NCBI RefSeq assembly: GCF_009914755.1
Contig: NC_060942.1
Direction: 5' to 3' (one strand)
Length of the DNA: 64,000 bases
Source of the DNA: the human T2T-CHM13v2.0 reference genome, Homo sapiens
Below are positions 1 through 12,289 of the stretch, piece by piece. The translations under genes and the position numbers were made by a program. Below the pieces are notes generated by a model. That model did no database searches. It worked only from the letters and a program-made list of their open reading frames with translations, and was not told the DNA's origin. The first letter of the stretch is position 1; each line of letters starts with the position of its first letter.

Positions 1-189
1 ATGAACATGCGTTGCTTTAAAAGCACCTCAGAGCCTCCATCTGTCCCCCAGGCTCCATGTTGTCACCTGCTGGTGTAAAAGTATAATTGCAGTAAATGTG
101 TCTAAGAACAAGGAATTGAAGTCACTCAGCTGTCATCAGGAGACTCTCTCCCACAATTGCTGTGCTGAAAATTCTACATGTGCATTTTG

Positions 190-430
190 TTCTTTTTTAT
201 TTTGGTAAAATATATGCAATATAAAATGTACCATTTAAATCATTTTTAAGAGTACAGCGCAGTAGCATTAAGTACATTCGCATCATTGTGCAATCTTCAC
301 CACCATCCATCTCCAGAAATTTTTCATCCTCCCAAACTGAATCTCTGTACCCGTTAAACACTAACTCCTCATTTCTCCTCTCTTCCCAGCCCCTGGATAC
401 CACCATTCTACTTTCTGTCTCTACCACATT
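190..430 (-). mobile_element. L1 3' end fragment (old L1M-type, L1MB-like)
   Basis: Antisense L1 3' UTR motifs (aatataaaatgtaccattt...cattaagtacattc...ccagaaattttttcatcctcccaaactgaa...accattctactttctgtctcta); the minus ORF 197-442 gives the typical L1M-tail pseudo-peptide ETESRMVVSRGW. Confidence 0.8.
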
Positions 431-1489
431 TTGCTTACCCATTCGCCCATCACATGTGCATTTTTGTACAGTTCCTAGTATGCTTTGTTACCTGTGTGTT
501 CCCAGCCAGCAGCTTACACTGTGCTCAGCTGAGTGTCACAGGCCCTCAGTGAGTCTTTGTTGACCGTACTATAGTTCGTTGTTCATGTGTCTGCTCAGCA
601 GAAAAAGCTAGGAAATCCTCAAGGATGTCCACATGCTGCCTCATGGAGAGGGATAAGATGGATATATATTAGTTCTATTCCTATTGAATGATCGTCATAA
701 TTACCACAGTCCACTTACTGGGAGCTTGATGCAGTGAATCAGTTCATCTAATCCTCACCACAGCCCCATGAGGGGAGTACTGTTACCCTCACCCATGCAC
801 TGAGAAGGACAGAGAATAACAAAGAAAGGGACCTCTGCTGGCATTCTTGTTCGGCATCCGCTATGCTGCACCCAGCGGAGGGGCTGCCTCTTAAGAAAAG
901 TTTCCGTGCCAAGAACACGCATTCTGGGGCTCATATGCTCACCCGACCTCTGAGACTGAGTTTCATTGTCTGCCAACCTGCCTCCTGGGCGATAGCAGTT
1001 CCCTTCCCTCTGCCTATCCTTCTGCAGTGCCTTCTCACCTTAAATGTGCGCCTTCCCTCCATGTGGTCCGACCCCACCACTCCTCAACACCGGCCTCGGA
1101 TGCCGCTCCCATGATGAAGCTTTGCGGGATTCCAAGGACCCTCACACACCCCTCAGTGTCCCTCCCACGCCACCTAGCCCTCGGCTCATACCCATCCTGG
1201 CACACTGCCCTCTGAGTGAGTGGGCTGTGCTAGTCCTATTTGCTCAACTGCACAGAAACTTAAGAAATTGGTCTTAGAGTGTTCTTATCCTTTCTGGAAT
1301 ACATCTCTTTGGGTGACAGCCTGTAGGTAGCAATATCCATGTGTTCAACTACTTGAATCCTCCTTTCCTTTTTGTGTGGACACGAAATTGGACTCTACGA
1401 ACCATCTTCCCTTATGGTATATCCCCACTTGATTTGCTTAAAATATGAGAACAGTGTGAGGCAGACAGACAGACATTACTGAATTCCAA

Positions 1490-1613
1490 CATGGGATCAG
1501 TGCTAGTTCTAGGATTCATGTGGAATCAGGTGTTAGCCTAGGGGCCACATGAGATGAGGTGTTGGCGCTAGGATTTACACAGAATCAGGTGTTAACACTG
1601 GGATTAACACGTG
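1490..1613. repeat. Degenerate ~30-bp tandem repeat, ~4 copies
   Basis: Anchor aggtgtt recurs at 1528, 1557 and 1587, with a variant near 1498, each followed by a ctagg/ctggg-like motif. Confidence 0.6.
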
Positions 1614-3067
1614 GATGTCACCACACCTTTGATTTTCCACAGGAGCACTCACTAATACAAAAAAAAAAAAAAAACCACCACTGTTAGGCATTTACAATGC
1701 AGACCACATTGTTCCTCTGTCTTTTTGCTCCAAATCAAGGGACTTTGTGGAGTCCGACTCACTTTATACTAAAATATGTTTGTGAATATAATCATTTGAA
1801 GAGTAGAAAAGTCAGGGTATCTAGAACCGTCCTCTAAGTGCTAAAATTATTTTTTATCATAAAATATTCCCTCAGAAAGAAACTTTGTTCATATATGGTA
1901 GATTTGCTTGAAAAATTTTTACATTTTACTTCATCTGATGTTTGTTAATTGGTAAAGAGAGCACCATCTTTAAAGCTTTTTAGACTGGTTTTGAAACTTC
2001 ACTTTGGTATTAAAACACATTGGCTAAACAACATGTGTTTGAATATCTGCTGTAGTCCAAAATGCTGCTAGGCTATTTGAGGTTAAACAGCAGATTGAAA
2101 CAGATGGGGTTGCTGATTTTCACTGTTCAAATGCAAATTATTGGGCACTTTATTTGATTTCTGGTTTGTAAAATGTGTTTTAAATGCAACTTTGAGGTGT
2201 GTGGTTTCTCTTAAAATACACCAGTGGTCCCCACACCTACCCTTGCCTCACAGCCTGACCTAGTTTGGTGGTCTTCGGGGATATTTTTGAATTGTAAGAC
2301 CTTGATAGTTCATTCTATTTGCAGGTTCCTCTTGTTATGCTTTGTGGGATACGCTTTTGTTTGGTTTTGTTTTGACATATTCAATGGCCTTTCCACCTTC
2401 TAACACAGTAATTAAACTCCTATCTGTGCCACTGAGTCCAGTGCTTTAGTGGCACTGGATATTTCAGTCCTGGATTTTTGGACAAGGGGTGAAGTCAGAG
2501 ACATGTAACCTACTTTTCCTACTGATTCAGTGTTATTTTGGTTTTTAAAGCTGTGAGTTAAAGAAGAATGTGTTATTCTCCTTTACAGATGACACTTCTA
2601 AAAGCTCCTTAATATTACTTTGGTTATAGGGGTAAGAAAAATAGAAGATAAATTATTTCAATACATTCTAAAATATTTGATCACAGATTATTATGTACAG
2701 AAAAGGAAAATGGAAAAATATTTCCCTGCTTTTCTCTAAAAATCGTTAAAATTTTTATCATGATGTTTTTTAAGTGTACTATAATTAGGTCACAGAATGA
2801 TCTCTGCTGCTAAAAATGAATGATCATCTACTCAGGTTATTTCCACCAAGATACTAAGAAAAAAAAGAGAGATAAAACAACAGGAAGTTGTTTAAAATGT
2901 CCCGAAGGGACCCCCATCTGAGGGCTGTGTGCACACTGGTCACTCAGTGGCCACAACTCCAGCACCACCCAGTTGTTTGCAACTCTCGGGCTATAGCTTT
3001 CGGCTTCTTGGAGCATTGTTAGTGCATAGAATTTAGTGACCATTCACCTTTCGTAAACTGTTTTGTT

Positions 3068-3356
<289 letters not shown>

Positions 3357-3852
3357 TAAAACTGTTGATGTACCTGTTCCAGAAGTCTTAGTGCAGTTTT
3401 CATCTTTAATAACCTTTAAAGTATAAAGACTACAGAAGACCAGTTATTACATTTTCTATCTATTGTTTTTTTATTAAAATTTAATGTATCCACCGTCTTG
3501 TGCTATACATACATCTAGTCAGTTTTCAAACTTGATCAGCATCTCCTGGATCTTGGCCTGTCGTGAACTGAAACAGCTGCCTTGAATTTTTTCATCCTTT
3601 CATCCAGTTGTTAATTAAATTTCTGCAGGGGTGGGAGGCTCCTTATAATGGGAAACAAATTTCCTTCTTACTGCTATTGGGGACTTAAGCTCAGCTAACC
3701 AGAGAACAGGTGACTTTTTTTTCAACATTTGCCATCTTCAATCCGAAAGACTGAAAGAGACCAAGTTTTTAAATTATTATTCAAAATTTACAAAACTAAG
3801 TATAAAAGAAATTTAAATAATTAAACTTTCAAATGCACTAAGACTTCTGAGA

Positions 3853-6072
3853 TGCCTTCTGCAGCCCTGGCCCTGGCTGTCCCCTCCAACCTGACCCGCT
3901 GGTGCCTAGTCTTTTCCATCACATTTGATTTATTTGAATAAATCAGAGCCCATGGCTTCACAGGACCGTATATGGCATTTGGGCCCTCTTTGGCAGCAAC
4001 GACTGCCTTTCTGTTCACACGCATTTCGTTTTGAGAATGCCAATGGACACACCAACTGCTTCTTTGGATTTCACCAGTTGGCAGTGGTTGATCAGCTATT
4101 TGGAATGCAGCCGATTTGAGTGAAGAAATATCCATATTTGTAGCCCTGTTACAATAGTGAAAGCTACAACCACAAAAAAAAGATGCAACACCATTTTGAA
4201 TTTGAACACCAGACCAACGTGAATAGTGAGATAATCGTCATCTTTACGACAAAAGAGGGATTGAGCAAACAGTTTGTATGTTGGATGATGTATTTGCAAT
4301 TACTTTGCTAGATACTGCCAATAAGAAAGTGTTCTTGGGCAGAGATACCTAGGGAGTCGGGTTTTGTTTAAAGCCGTAACAGAAGATGGATTTTGGTTGT
4401 GTCTTCAGAAGCTGAAGTTCTTGTTCCATTGGAGCACTCCACGACTCCCCTTTTAAAAGTGGAGCCTTTTGTTCTGGGACACTATGAAGTTTTGGATTTA
4501 AAGGCAAATGGCAAAGTTGCATCTGTGGAAATGGTTAAATATCATCACTGTAGGTACAACCTCTGCATGCCTTCTGTAACAATGTGGAGAAGCTCTTCTC
4601 AGGTTTAGAGACAGAAACTTTGAAGAGCAAGCTTTGGTTCCTTTTTAACAATGATATTAAGAAGAATTTAATGCCAGGTGCAGTGGCTCACACCTGTAAT
4701 CCCAGCACTTTGGGAGGCCAAGGTGGAAGGATCACTTGAGTCCAGGAGTTTAAGACCAGCTTGGGCAACATAGCAAGACCCCATCTCTACAGAAAATTTA
4801 AAAATTACCCAGGAGTGGTGGCACATGCCTGTAGTCCCAGCTACTTGGGAGGCCAAGGGGAGAGGATCCCTCCAGCCCAGGAGGTTGAGGCTACAGTGAG
4901 CTGTGATTGTGCCACTGCACTCAAGCCTGGCAGCAGAGTGAGACCCTGTGTCTAAAAAAAAGAAAGAAGAAGAAGGAGAGGGAGAAAAAGGAGAAGGACA
5001 ATTTTGACGACAGACAGAAGGATAGGCTCCATTTTATTAGGGGCTTGGACTCTGGCTTGGTTGCTGCCACCCAGGTGAAGCAGCTGAAAGAGACGCAGTG
5101 CAAAATACACTCCCCAGACATTTGTGACTGGCATGGAGGGCAGCCCTGATTTATTGGTTGCTGGACGAGTGGCAGATCGTATTGGAAGTGAACATCATGA
5201 AACCCTCTTGAACTCTGAGGAAGGCACTCAGGCTCTGGATGAAGTCATATTTTCCTTGGAAACTTAGGACATTACAACAGTTTGCACTTCAGTAGGTGAG
5301 TATTTAATTTCCGAGTAGATTTGGAAGAACACAGATAGCATGGTGATCTTCTCTGGACAGAGATCAGATGAACTTATGCAGGGTTATGTATATTTTCATG
5401 AGGCCGAGGAGAGAGAGGCCTCTGAAGGAGCTCTATTTGTTTGGTGTTCTCAGCGCAGATCGAACTGCCCACGCTGCCCACAGCCTTGAACTGAGAGTCT
5501 GGTTTCTGCATCATCGATTTTCTTCCTGTTACATGTCTCTGCCACCAGAAATGAGAACTCCAAAGATGAGGTGGAGAAACAGCTCCTGAAAGAGACATTT
5601 GAGGACTCCAGTCTGAGACCCTGAAGAGATTCTCTGGGGAACAAAAGAAGCCTTCAGGGATGGAATAAGAATGCCTGGTTTAAGGTGTTACAGGAATATG
5701 TTGAACATCAGGTTGAAGACGCAATGACAGCAAATGTGGGCCAGAAATTTCCCTTCAATATCCTAAAGCCAAAGAAGTCTGTTCATGCCCTTGAGGCTTG
5801 AATGCCACTACCCAGGCAGGGTGCAGTGGCTGACCCAGTACCGCATGCCCACATGGATCGATGCCCGCTCACTGACCCACTGCAAGTCAGCTACCTAAGC
5901 CTAGGTGCTCTCTGAGCCAAAGAGCAACAGCAAATGTTCTTGTTGTGAAGGATAGGGGTACTGGGGATGGATAGGGGTACTGGGGATGGATAGGGGGGCA
6001 AGGAAAATCACCCAGGCCTACTGGGGTGTGAAAAAAATAAAAGTCTTAAATTAAAAAAAAAAAAGAAAGAAA
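3853..6072 (+). pseudogene. Processed pseudogene of asparagine synthetase (ASNS), full length, interrupted by an Alu
   Basis: Intronless pieces match ASNS throughout: [13 protein letters not shown] (~3974), [99 protein letters not shown], to a terminal TAG at 5902-5904. Start ATG-TGT is decayed to GTA-TAT (3968), with stops (e.g. TGA 4117-4119), frameshifts and deletions. AATAAA at 6036-6041, A-tail at 6053-6072, TSD aagacttctgaga at 3840-3852 and 6073-6085. Confidence 0.97.
4673..4996 (+). mobile_element. Alu (AluJ-like) inserted into the ASNS retrocopy between the ..KRLM and TDRRIG.. codons
   Basis: gccaggtgcagtggctcac...gagaccctgtgtct plus decayed A/GA-rich tail; J-type motifs (caacatagcaagacccc, gaggctacagtgagctgtgat). 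Confidence 0.93.
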
Positions 6073-6287
6073 AAGACTTCTGAGACATCCTGTATGTCTT
6101 AAACTTCAACAAGAGTGAGGAAACAACTGTTTTACTTTTGTGCCTTTCAAATTCTCCACGAGGTGACCAGGACCTTCTCTTCCTGGCTCTGGCGCAGTCA
6201 GCCTGGACCCTCTGCCGGTGGCTCCCAGGGCAGCCCTGGGTCCCCGCAGGTGGGTGTGTTGCCGGGGAGCGCAATGCTGCTGCTGCG

Positions 6288-6300
6288 GTTGCCTAGCAAC
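6288..6300. promoter_or_regulatory. RFX X-box motif GTTGCCTAGCAAC in a CpG-rich patch (~6150-6400)
   Basis: Exact fit to the GTTRCC-N-RGYAAC consensus; function is inferred. Confidence 0.5.
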
Positions 6301-7186
6301 AGACGCTCACACTGGCAGCGGGCGCCACTCTGCTCTTGGTACCCTCCCCACCAGCCCTGCTCCCACTGCTCCAGGTGGCCAGCTGGTACACCTGATGCTG
6401 ATCCAATGGTTCTAAACACAAATGAGAATCGGTTTCCCAGACCAAACTAGAAAAAGGTCAGGTGATTGGGTTAAAAATTTTTTTAAGGTGTGTTGAATTC
6501 CTACCTGAAAATAGGCTAAGATTGGCTTTGCATTTTTCATGAGAAATGTCTCGTCACTGTGTAAGGAAAGTGCTTTTATGTTTTAGAGTGTTGGCAATGT
6601 GTTGTGGCACACAATGCAGGTAATAGTGCGAATGTTGCAGCCAGGCTGCAAGGGTCTGTGTCCCAGATACTCTTCTTACTCAGCCTCTCAGTCTCTGTAA
6701 AATGATGATGACAATAGTTCCCACCTTTTAGGGCAAATACCAAGTAAATTGTTCCATGGAAAGGATTTAACCCAGTGCCAGCAATCACTCCATAACTAGA
6801 AGCAGTTTTATAGCACACACATTATCATTATATTATTAATATATTAACTTCCTGGGTATATTTTGGTACTTTTTCATCACATCTGTTTACCTAATCCTTC
6901 TTAAATTTCAAATATAGAATTTATCTTTAACACTGATTGCTAAATCTGAACAAGTGGAAATCTTTTGCTATATTTTTAGGGAAACTAAATATCAGACTTC
7001 CTTAAAAATGTGACTTCTAGGTTCTAACATAATTCTCCCTTTATAAGTTTTCAAGGGATTTATTTTGTCCCCTGCTGTCCAACATTTTATAGAAATCTTG
7101 ACATTAAAAAAAAGTTGGCAAATCCTTATAAAAATCCCACTACTCTATGCTTTTTTCAAAAAAAAGCACAGACACATACATTTTCT

Positions 7187-7520
<334 letters not shown>

Positions 7521-9789
7521 TCATAGCGCATGCTGGGTTGATATTGCCACGTGTGAATATATGTCTTTACACACTCATAAGATGTGAGCTGTGGAAACTG
7601 TGCTAAACAGTCTCCTTCCACAGAACTTCAACTTTTAGCCTAGCTCAGAATGGAGTCTGACAGTGTATGTTTGCTTCTGCCTGTCTAGAAAAGTAATTCA
7701 TTGCATTTTTTAAATGTATTTTTATTTTCAGTAAGAATATTTATTGAAAAGTACTATATTGAACAAATATTTTTTACGTGTGGTCATGAAATTCCTTTGA
7801 TGAGAATTCACACTTTGAGCTGGAGTTATCTTTCGCTTTCATGACGTCATTCATTCCCTTGACAAATATTCCCAGCGCATCTCCTCTGGGTCAGGCACTG
7901 AACCAGGTACCGGTGCCGCAGGTACAAGGATAGGCTCAGCCTCCGCCCTCAAGGAGTCCACAGTCTAGTGGAGTTTTGAGGACACAGTTAAACCATAACA
8001 ATGCAAGGTGATGGGTGAGACCAGCGGAGAATCTGGTGCTCCCTTAGGGCTTGAGAAGGTGTGGCCTAACCCCCAATGTGAGGGAGGCAGTGAGGCCCAG
8101 CTTGAGGCTGGAAGGATAACTAGGGGGGTTGACCCAGAAAAGAGAGTCCCCAGGTATTCCCAAGACACAAGCAGCACATGCACCCGACCAGCCTGTTCAG
8201 GAACTGAGAGTGTTAGGAGGGATGGGGTAAGCCCTAAGAAGGGGAGAGTTTATACTAACCCCACCAGAAGGACCAGGCCCAGGTCCTTAGATGATGGGGA
8301 CAGTGATGTGGCTGGATTTGTATTATCGCAGTGGGAGCATTGTGCAAGGTGCACTGAAATGAGACAGCAGGCAGTGGAAACCGTCCGGAGGCCTCTGAAA
8401 TCCAGCTCTCTGTTAGTAATCTAAGACCACAGCAGTGGCAGACGCCACGGAAAGAACAGGACAGATACTCAGGAAACGGACCCAACGGGATGCGGTAACT
8501 GTTGGGGTTTGTAAGAAAATGGAATCTGGCATAACTCCCACCGTTCTGGTTTGGAAAATTAGGGGCCCTTATTCCAGAGAAAGAACTGAGAAAGGAGCAG
8601 GTAGAAGGCGTGAGGGTGGCACGGGGCATGAGCTCAATCCTTGGCAAGGTGAATTCCAGACACCTGCGGCACCGTGGGGGCGGTGTGTCTGGGGACGGTG
8701 GTGGTCAGCAGGATGGGCTGGGCTAGGGATCCGCGGTGGGCACGGTGAGAGCTGAGTGGGCAGAGTATGGAGGATGCAGTCAGCCCGTCAGGAACGTGTG
8801 TGGGTTGAGAGGCTGTGCTGTGGGGACGGCTCCTCGGACCCCTGGGTGGAGGAGCCCGGATGCACCGGCCAGAGGGACAGCCTGAAACCCAATGCAGTCT
8901 CTAGGAGGGATCAAAGCAGGAGCCACAGAGACGGAAAGAAAATAAAGACCAAAATTCATGGATGAGACTTGGCCCCTGGGGGGCCCTAGATGACCTTGAT
9001 GAGAGTATTTTCCCTATGGGGTGAATGTGGAAGCCAGGCTGCCAGGTACTGAGGTGGGAGCAGCAGGAGGGGAATACAGGCGGAGTCAGACGACCTTTCT
9101 AACTCTTGGCTGCGGTGGGCAGGAGGAAAACTGGTGGAACTAACAAGGGGCGTGAGATGAAAGGTGTTGTGTGGTTCAGGTGGGACAGAGTTGAATGTGT
9201 TCGCTTGCTTGAGGGAAACCAGCCGGTAGCAGGAGAGGTTGAAGCAAGAGTGGAGAGGGGAAGGTGCGCTGGGTGAGGGGCGAAGGTCCACAGGGCAGCG
9301 GCGGGCCTGAGGGTAGGGGAAGCGCCGCCTGGGGAGCCGGGGCGGGCTGGGGTCTGTTCTCCTGAAGAAGGCCAGCTCCGCAGTGAAGAAGACCGTGTAG
9401 GTTTCTTGGAAGGTGGAGGCACTCGACGACAGAGCTGAGCAAAGGCAAGTTAGACAGCGCAGCGCCAAGCCCGAGACGGTCAACTGGGAGCCGCCACACA
9501 CAAGGAACAGTGATTTCTCCACGCCCACGGCTGGTGTCCACGACTTCGGCCCGGCCCCCTCTTCTGACCTCCTTCCCCCAAGTACAACACTGCAAACGCC
9601 AAGCTGCCGGCTCTGGCCCTATTGGAGGGGTCTCAGTAACGGAGGGCAGGTGCCAGTCTCGCGCCCTAGTTCGTTCCTCTGCTACAACGCCAAGTTCGAG
9701 GCCACAGTGCCTTCTGGAAGAGTTGTTGTGCTGCTTGGGAGCACTGCACAGGAGAAACGGGGGCTGGAGGTAAAGACAGGAGGCTCGGG

Positions 9790-9852
9790 AGGCGGCGACG
9801 TGGGCGAGCTGGAATAGTCTAGAAGCTGAGCAGAACAAAGGCGGTGTGACTG
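9790..9852 (+). other. GNAL: Candidate non-coding 5' exon of GNAL (donor CTG|GTGAGC after 9852); 5' end uncertain
   Basis: Good donor inside the CpG island, and a matching acceptor ...cttccttacag| ending at 10577 that opens a 200-nt ATG-free leader to the start codon. Inferred from splice motifs only. Confidence 0.45.
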
Positions 9853-10777
9853 GTGAGCCTCGGAGGGATCCTCCTCCCTGCTAGAATATGCATGATCCTC
9901 CGCGAGTCTTCGCCCGCCAGGAGCAGGGACGCGTCCGAGCCAACACGGGGCGCGCGCCCAGACGCACTTTCCCGGCTCGGGGTGCAAGAGAGCCAGGCGG
10001 CCGCGGCGCAGCGGAGGGGCTGCGGGCCCGGAACCCAGGCCGGTCAGCGTGTAAGCGCCCCAGCCGGCCGGGCTCCGTGGGGGGTCAGCTCCCTGACCCC
10101 TACAGCGCGGTAGCGCCTCTCCGAGAGCTCCGGGACCAGCGGCCCGGCCGCCCCCAAAGCCAGCCTCCCTCTCCCTTCCCCGCACCGGGATCCCAGACCA
10201 GGGAGGGGGCGCACGTCCGACGGCTGAGGAATAGCAGGGCGCGAGCCGGCCCGGCAGGTGCCCATCGTCGCCCTCTGGGACCCCGGTGGCGCGCTCTGTC
10301 CTCCGCGCCACGCTCAGCCACCACCCCGGCTGTTTGGGACCCGGCACCCAGCCGAGCGCGCCGCCCCCTCGGGGACCCGCTGGGCGGGGCTGAGCGAGGC
10401 TTGGAGTGCGGGCGAAGGGACGTGGGGCGAACCCGGGGCGCTGCGCCACCTCGGCTGTCTCCAGCGGAGACCGGCGCCCTCGCCCCCCGTCTCCGTTCAT
10501 TGTGCTGTATTCATCCAGCAGATTTTGAAACAATTCTCGTGTAAAAAGGCATTTTACTCCGCGCGTCTTCCTTACAGCCATTTAGTTGGGAGTTTGCGGT
10601 GGGCAGGGGGAGGGAGAAGAAACGCCTGCTCTGAATCGGAAAACACCGAAGAGACCAGACCATCTCTTTCAGCAGCAGGAAAGAGAGGAGCCGTCGCAGG
10701 AGCCGCACACGTCTCCAACTCTCTATTGCTTTTTGCGCACATTCCTAACTTCCTGACGTCCATCCCAGCGGGCAGGC

Positions 10778-10922
10778 ATGGGGTGTTTGGGCGGCAACAG
10801 CAAGACGACGGAAGACCAGGGCGTCGATGAAAAAGAACGACGCGAGGCCAACAAAAAGATCGAGAAGCAGTTGCAGAAAGAGCGCCTGGCTTACAAGGCT
10901 ACCCACCGCCTGCTGCTCCTGG
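10778..10922 (+). CDS. GNAL: G-alpha-olf short isoform, coding exon 1 (145 nt; MGC lipidation motif, alphaN helix, HRLLLLG)
   Basis: ggcATGG Kozak; [49 protein letters not shown] is the G-alpha-olf N-terminus; donor G|gtaagg, phase 1. Confidence 0.98.
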
Positions 10923-11196
10923 GTAAGGCCGAGGGGCGCGCGGCGGCTCCCGGCCCCAGCGGAGCGCACAGCCAGGAGCGGCGAGCGCCAGGCTGGGCGG
11001 GCAGGGCCGGGCGAGGGTCGCGCGCACCTCTGGGCCGCGGAGCCCAGACGGCGGCCGGGGCGAGCTCCTCCAGCCAGGAACCCGCGTGTAGGAAATCCCC
11101 GTGCTGGGGGAGGAGGATTGCTCAGACCCGGCTAGTGGTGAGAGATGGCAGCGATATCCGGACACAGATCACAGCGTTCTTTCTGTTTGTTTGCAG

Positions 11197-11269
11197 GGGC
11201 TGGTGAGTCTGGGAAAAGCACTATCGTCAAACAGATGAGGATCCTGCACGTCAATGGGTTTAATCCCGA
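11197..11269 (+). CDS. GNAL: GNAL coding exon 2 (73 nt; completes P-loop GAGESGKST)
   Basis: Acceptor ttctttctgtttgtttgcag|, frame (G)[23 protein letters not shown](E), donor GA|gtaaga. Confidence 0.98.
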
Positions 11270-11971
11270 GTAAGAATGTTCAGTTTGCTTCCAAACTGCA
11301 TGCAAACTTCGTCTCTCTCCCAGACGTCCCAAAAGTGCTTTCTCTAAACAATTTTAATTTATTTGATAATGGAGTAGACATTCAAGGGGGAAAAAATTAG
11401 ATATTTGCTGTTGGATTTGGTATATTTAGGCAAATCCTTCTTCTGCTAGTGTCTAATGAAAAAAAAACTTGCTTAACAAAATATGATTTATAGGTATTCT
11501 TGGAGTGTTGATCTGTATTACTGGTATTGCTCTGAGCACACTTAACCAATATCTCGATATATTTTTTTCAATATAATATTATTTGTTTGCATCTATTTCA
11601 GTTTATAACTGTCAACATATTATCCATGGGATAGATCTAGGTAAAATACATTTACAGGTGTAACTGCATGTTATATTTATATGCAATATCCATAGCGATT
11701 TTGCCTAGTTTTTCTGTAACCTGCATAGTTGTTTAAAGCTATAGATTTTTAAAAAAATGTGTGCATTCAAGTTTGTTTAGAGTACAAATTAGAAAAGAAG
11801 GGTGCTTTCCTTTCCCAGATAAAACCTTTGCGGATGTCTTGGGGGTTGATACTGACCTCTAGTGAAACCAGTCTAGGTCAGTGCTGTAGCTGGAAATTTA
11901 AAATCCCACTCAATTGATTGGAATCAGTGCTAAGAGTAAATTAAGCTAATAACAACTCTCTTTCAATACAG

Positions 11972-12026
11972 GGAAAAGAAACAGAAAATTCTGGACATCC
12001 GGAAAAATGTTAAAGATGCTATCGTG
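11972..12026 (+). CDS. GNAL: GNAL coding exon 3 (55 nt)
   Basis: Acceptor ctctctttcaatacag|, EKKQKILDIRKNVKDAIV, donor GTG|gtaagg; phase compatible with exon 2. Confidence 0.97.
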
Positions 12027-12169
12027 GTAAGGACTTTTTTAAATGATTGTTTACTAGAAAGGTCAAGTGCTCTTCATTCTAAAACTGTGTAGACAGAAAT
12101 TACATATTGTAGATTATCATACATGGAGCCTAAATGTTTATCCATATTTTTTTTCTTATTCCATTTTAG

Positions 12170-12289
12170 ACAATTGTTTCAGCAATGAGTACTATAATAC
12201 CTCCAGTTCCGCTGGCCAACCCTGAAAACCAATTTCGATCAGACTACATCAAGAGCATAGCCCCTATCACTGACTTTGAATATTCCCAG
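12170..12289 (+). CDS. GNAL: GNAL coding exon 4 (120 nt; helical domain)
   Basis: Acceptor ttttcttattccattttag|, [40 protein letters not shown], donor CAG|gtaaga. Confidence 0.98.

Larger units (their letters stand above)
9250..11200 (+). promoter_or_regulatory. GNAL: CpG island / promoter of the short GNAL isoform
   Basis: Dense unmutated CpG and high GC from ~9.25 to 11.2 kb, spanning coding exon 1; GC boxes (e.g. gggcgggg ~10382); near-CRE TGACGTCC at 10754. Confidence 0.9.

Noticed and set aside
3925-5589. ASNS-like short ORFs as a functional asparagine synthetase
   Set aside because: Start codon and N-terminal catalytic Cys are lost, with multiple stops, frameshifts, deletions and an Alu insertion.
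8960-10400. Olf-1/EBF sites (TCCCNNGGGA) expected in an olfactory gene promoter
   Set aside because: By eye I found only weak CCCNNGGG cores (e.g. ~8973, ~10366), which are common in GC-rich DNA.
8986-10830. Long overlapping ORFs (299, 220, 218, 190, 180 aa) around the promoter
   Set aside because: Stop-codon depletion is expected in a CpG island; low-complexity Pro/Arg/Gly/Ala content with no recognisable domain.
10778-11206. 142-aa ORF as a complete protein
   Set aside because: Only the first 145 nt are exonic; the rest is read-through past the gtaagg donor into GC-rich intron 1.
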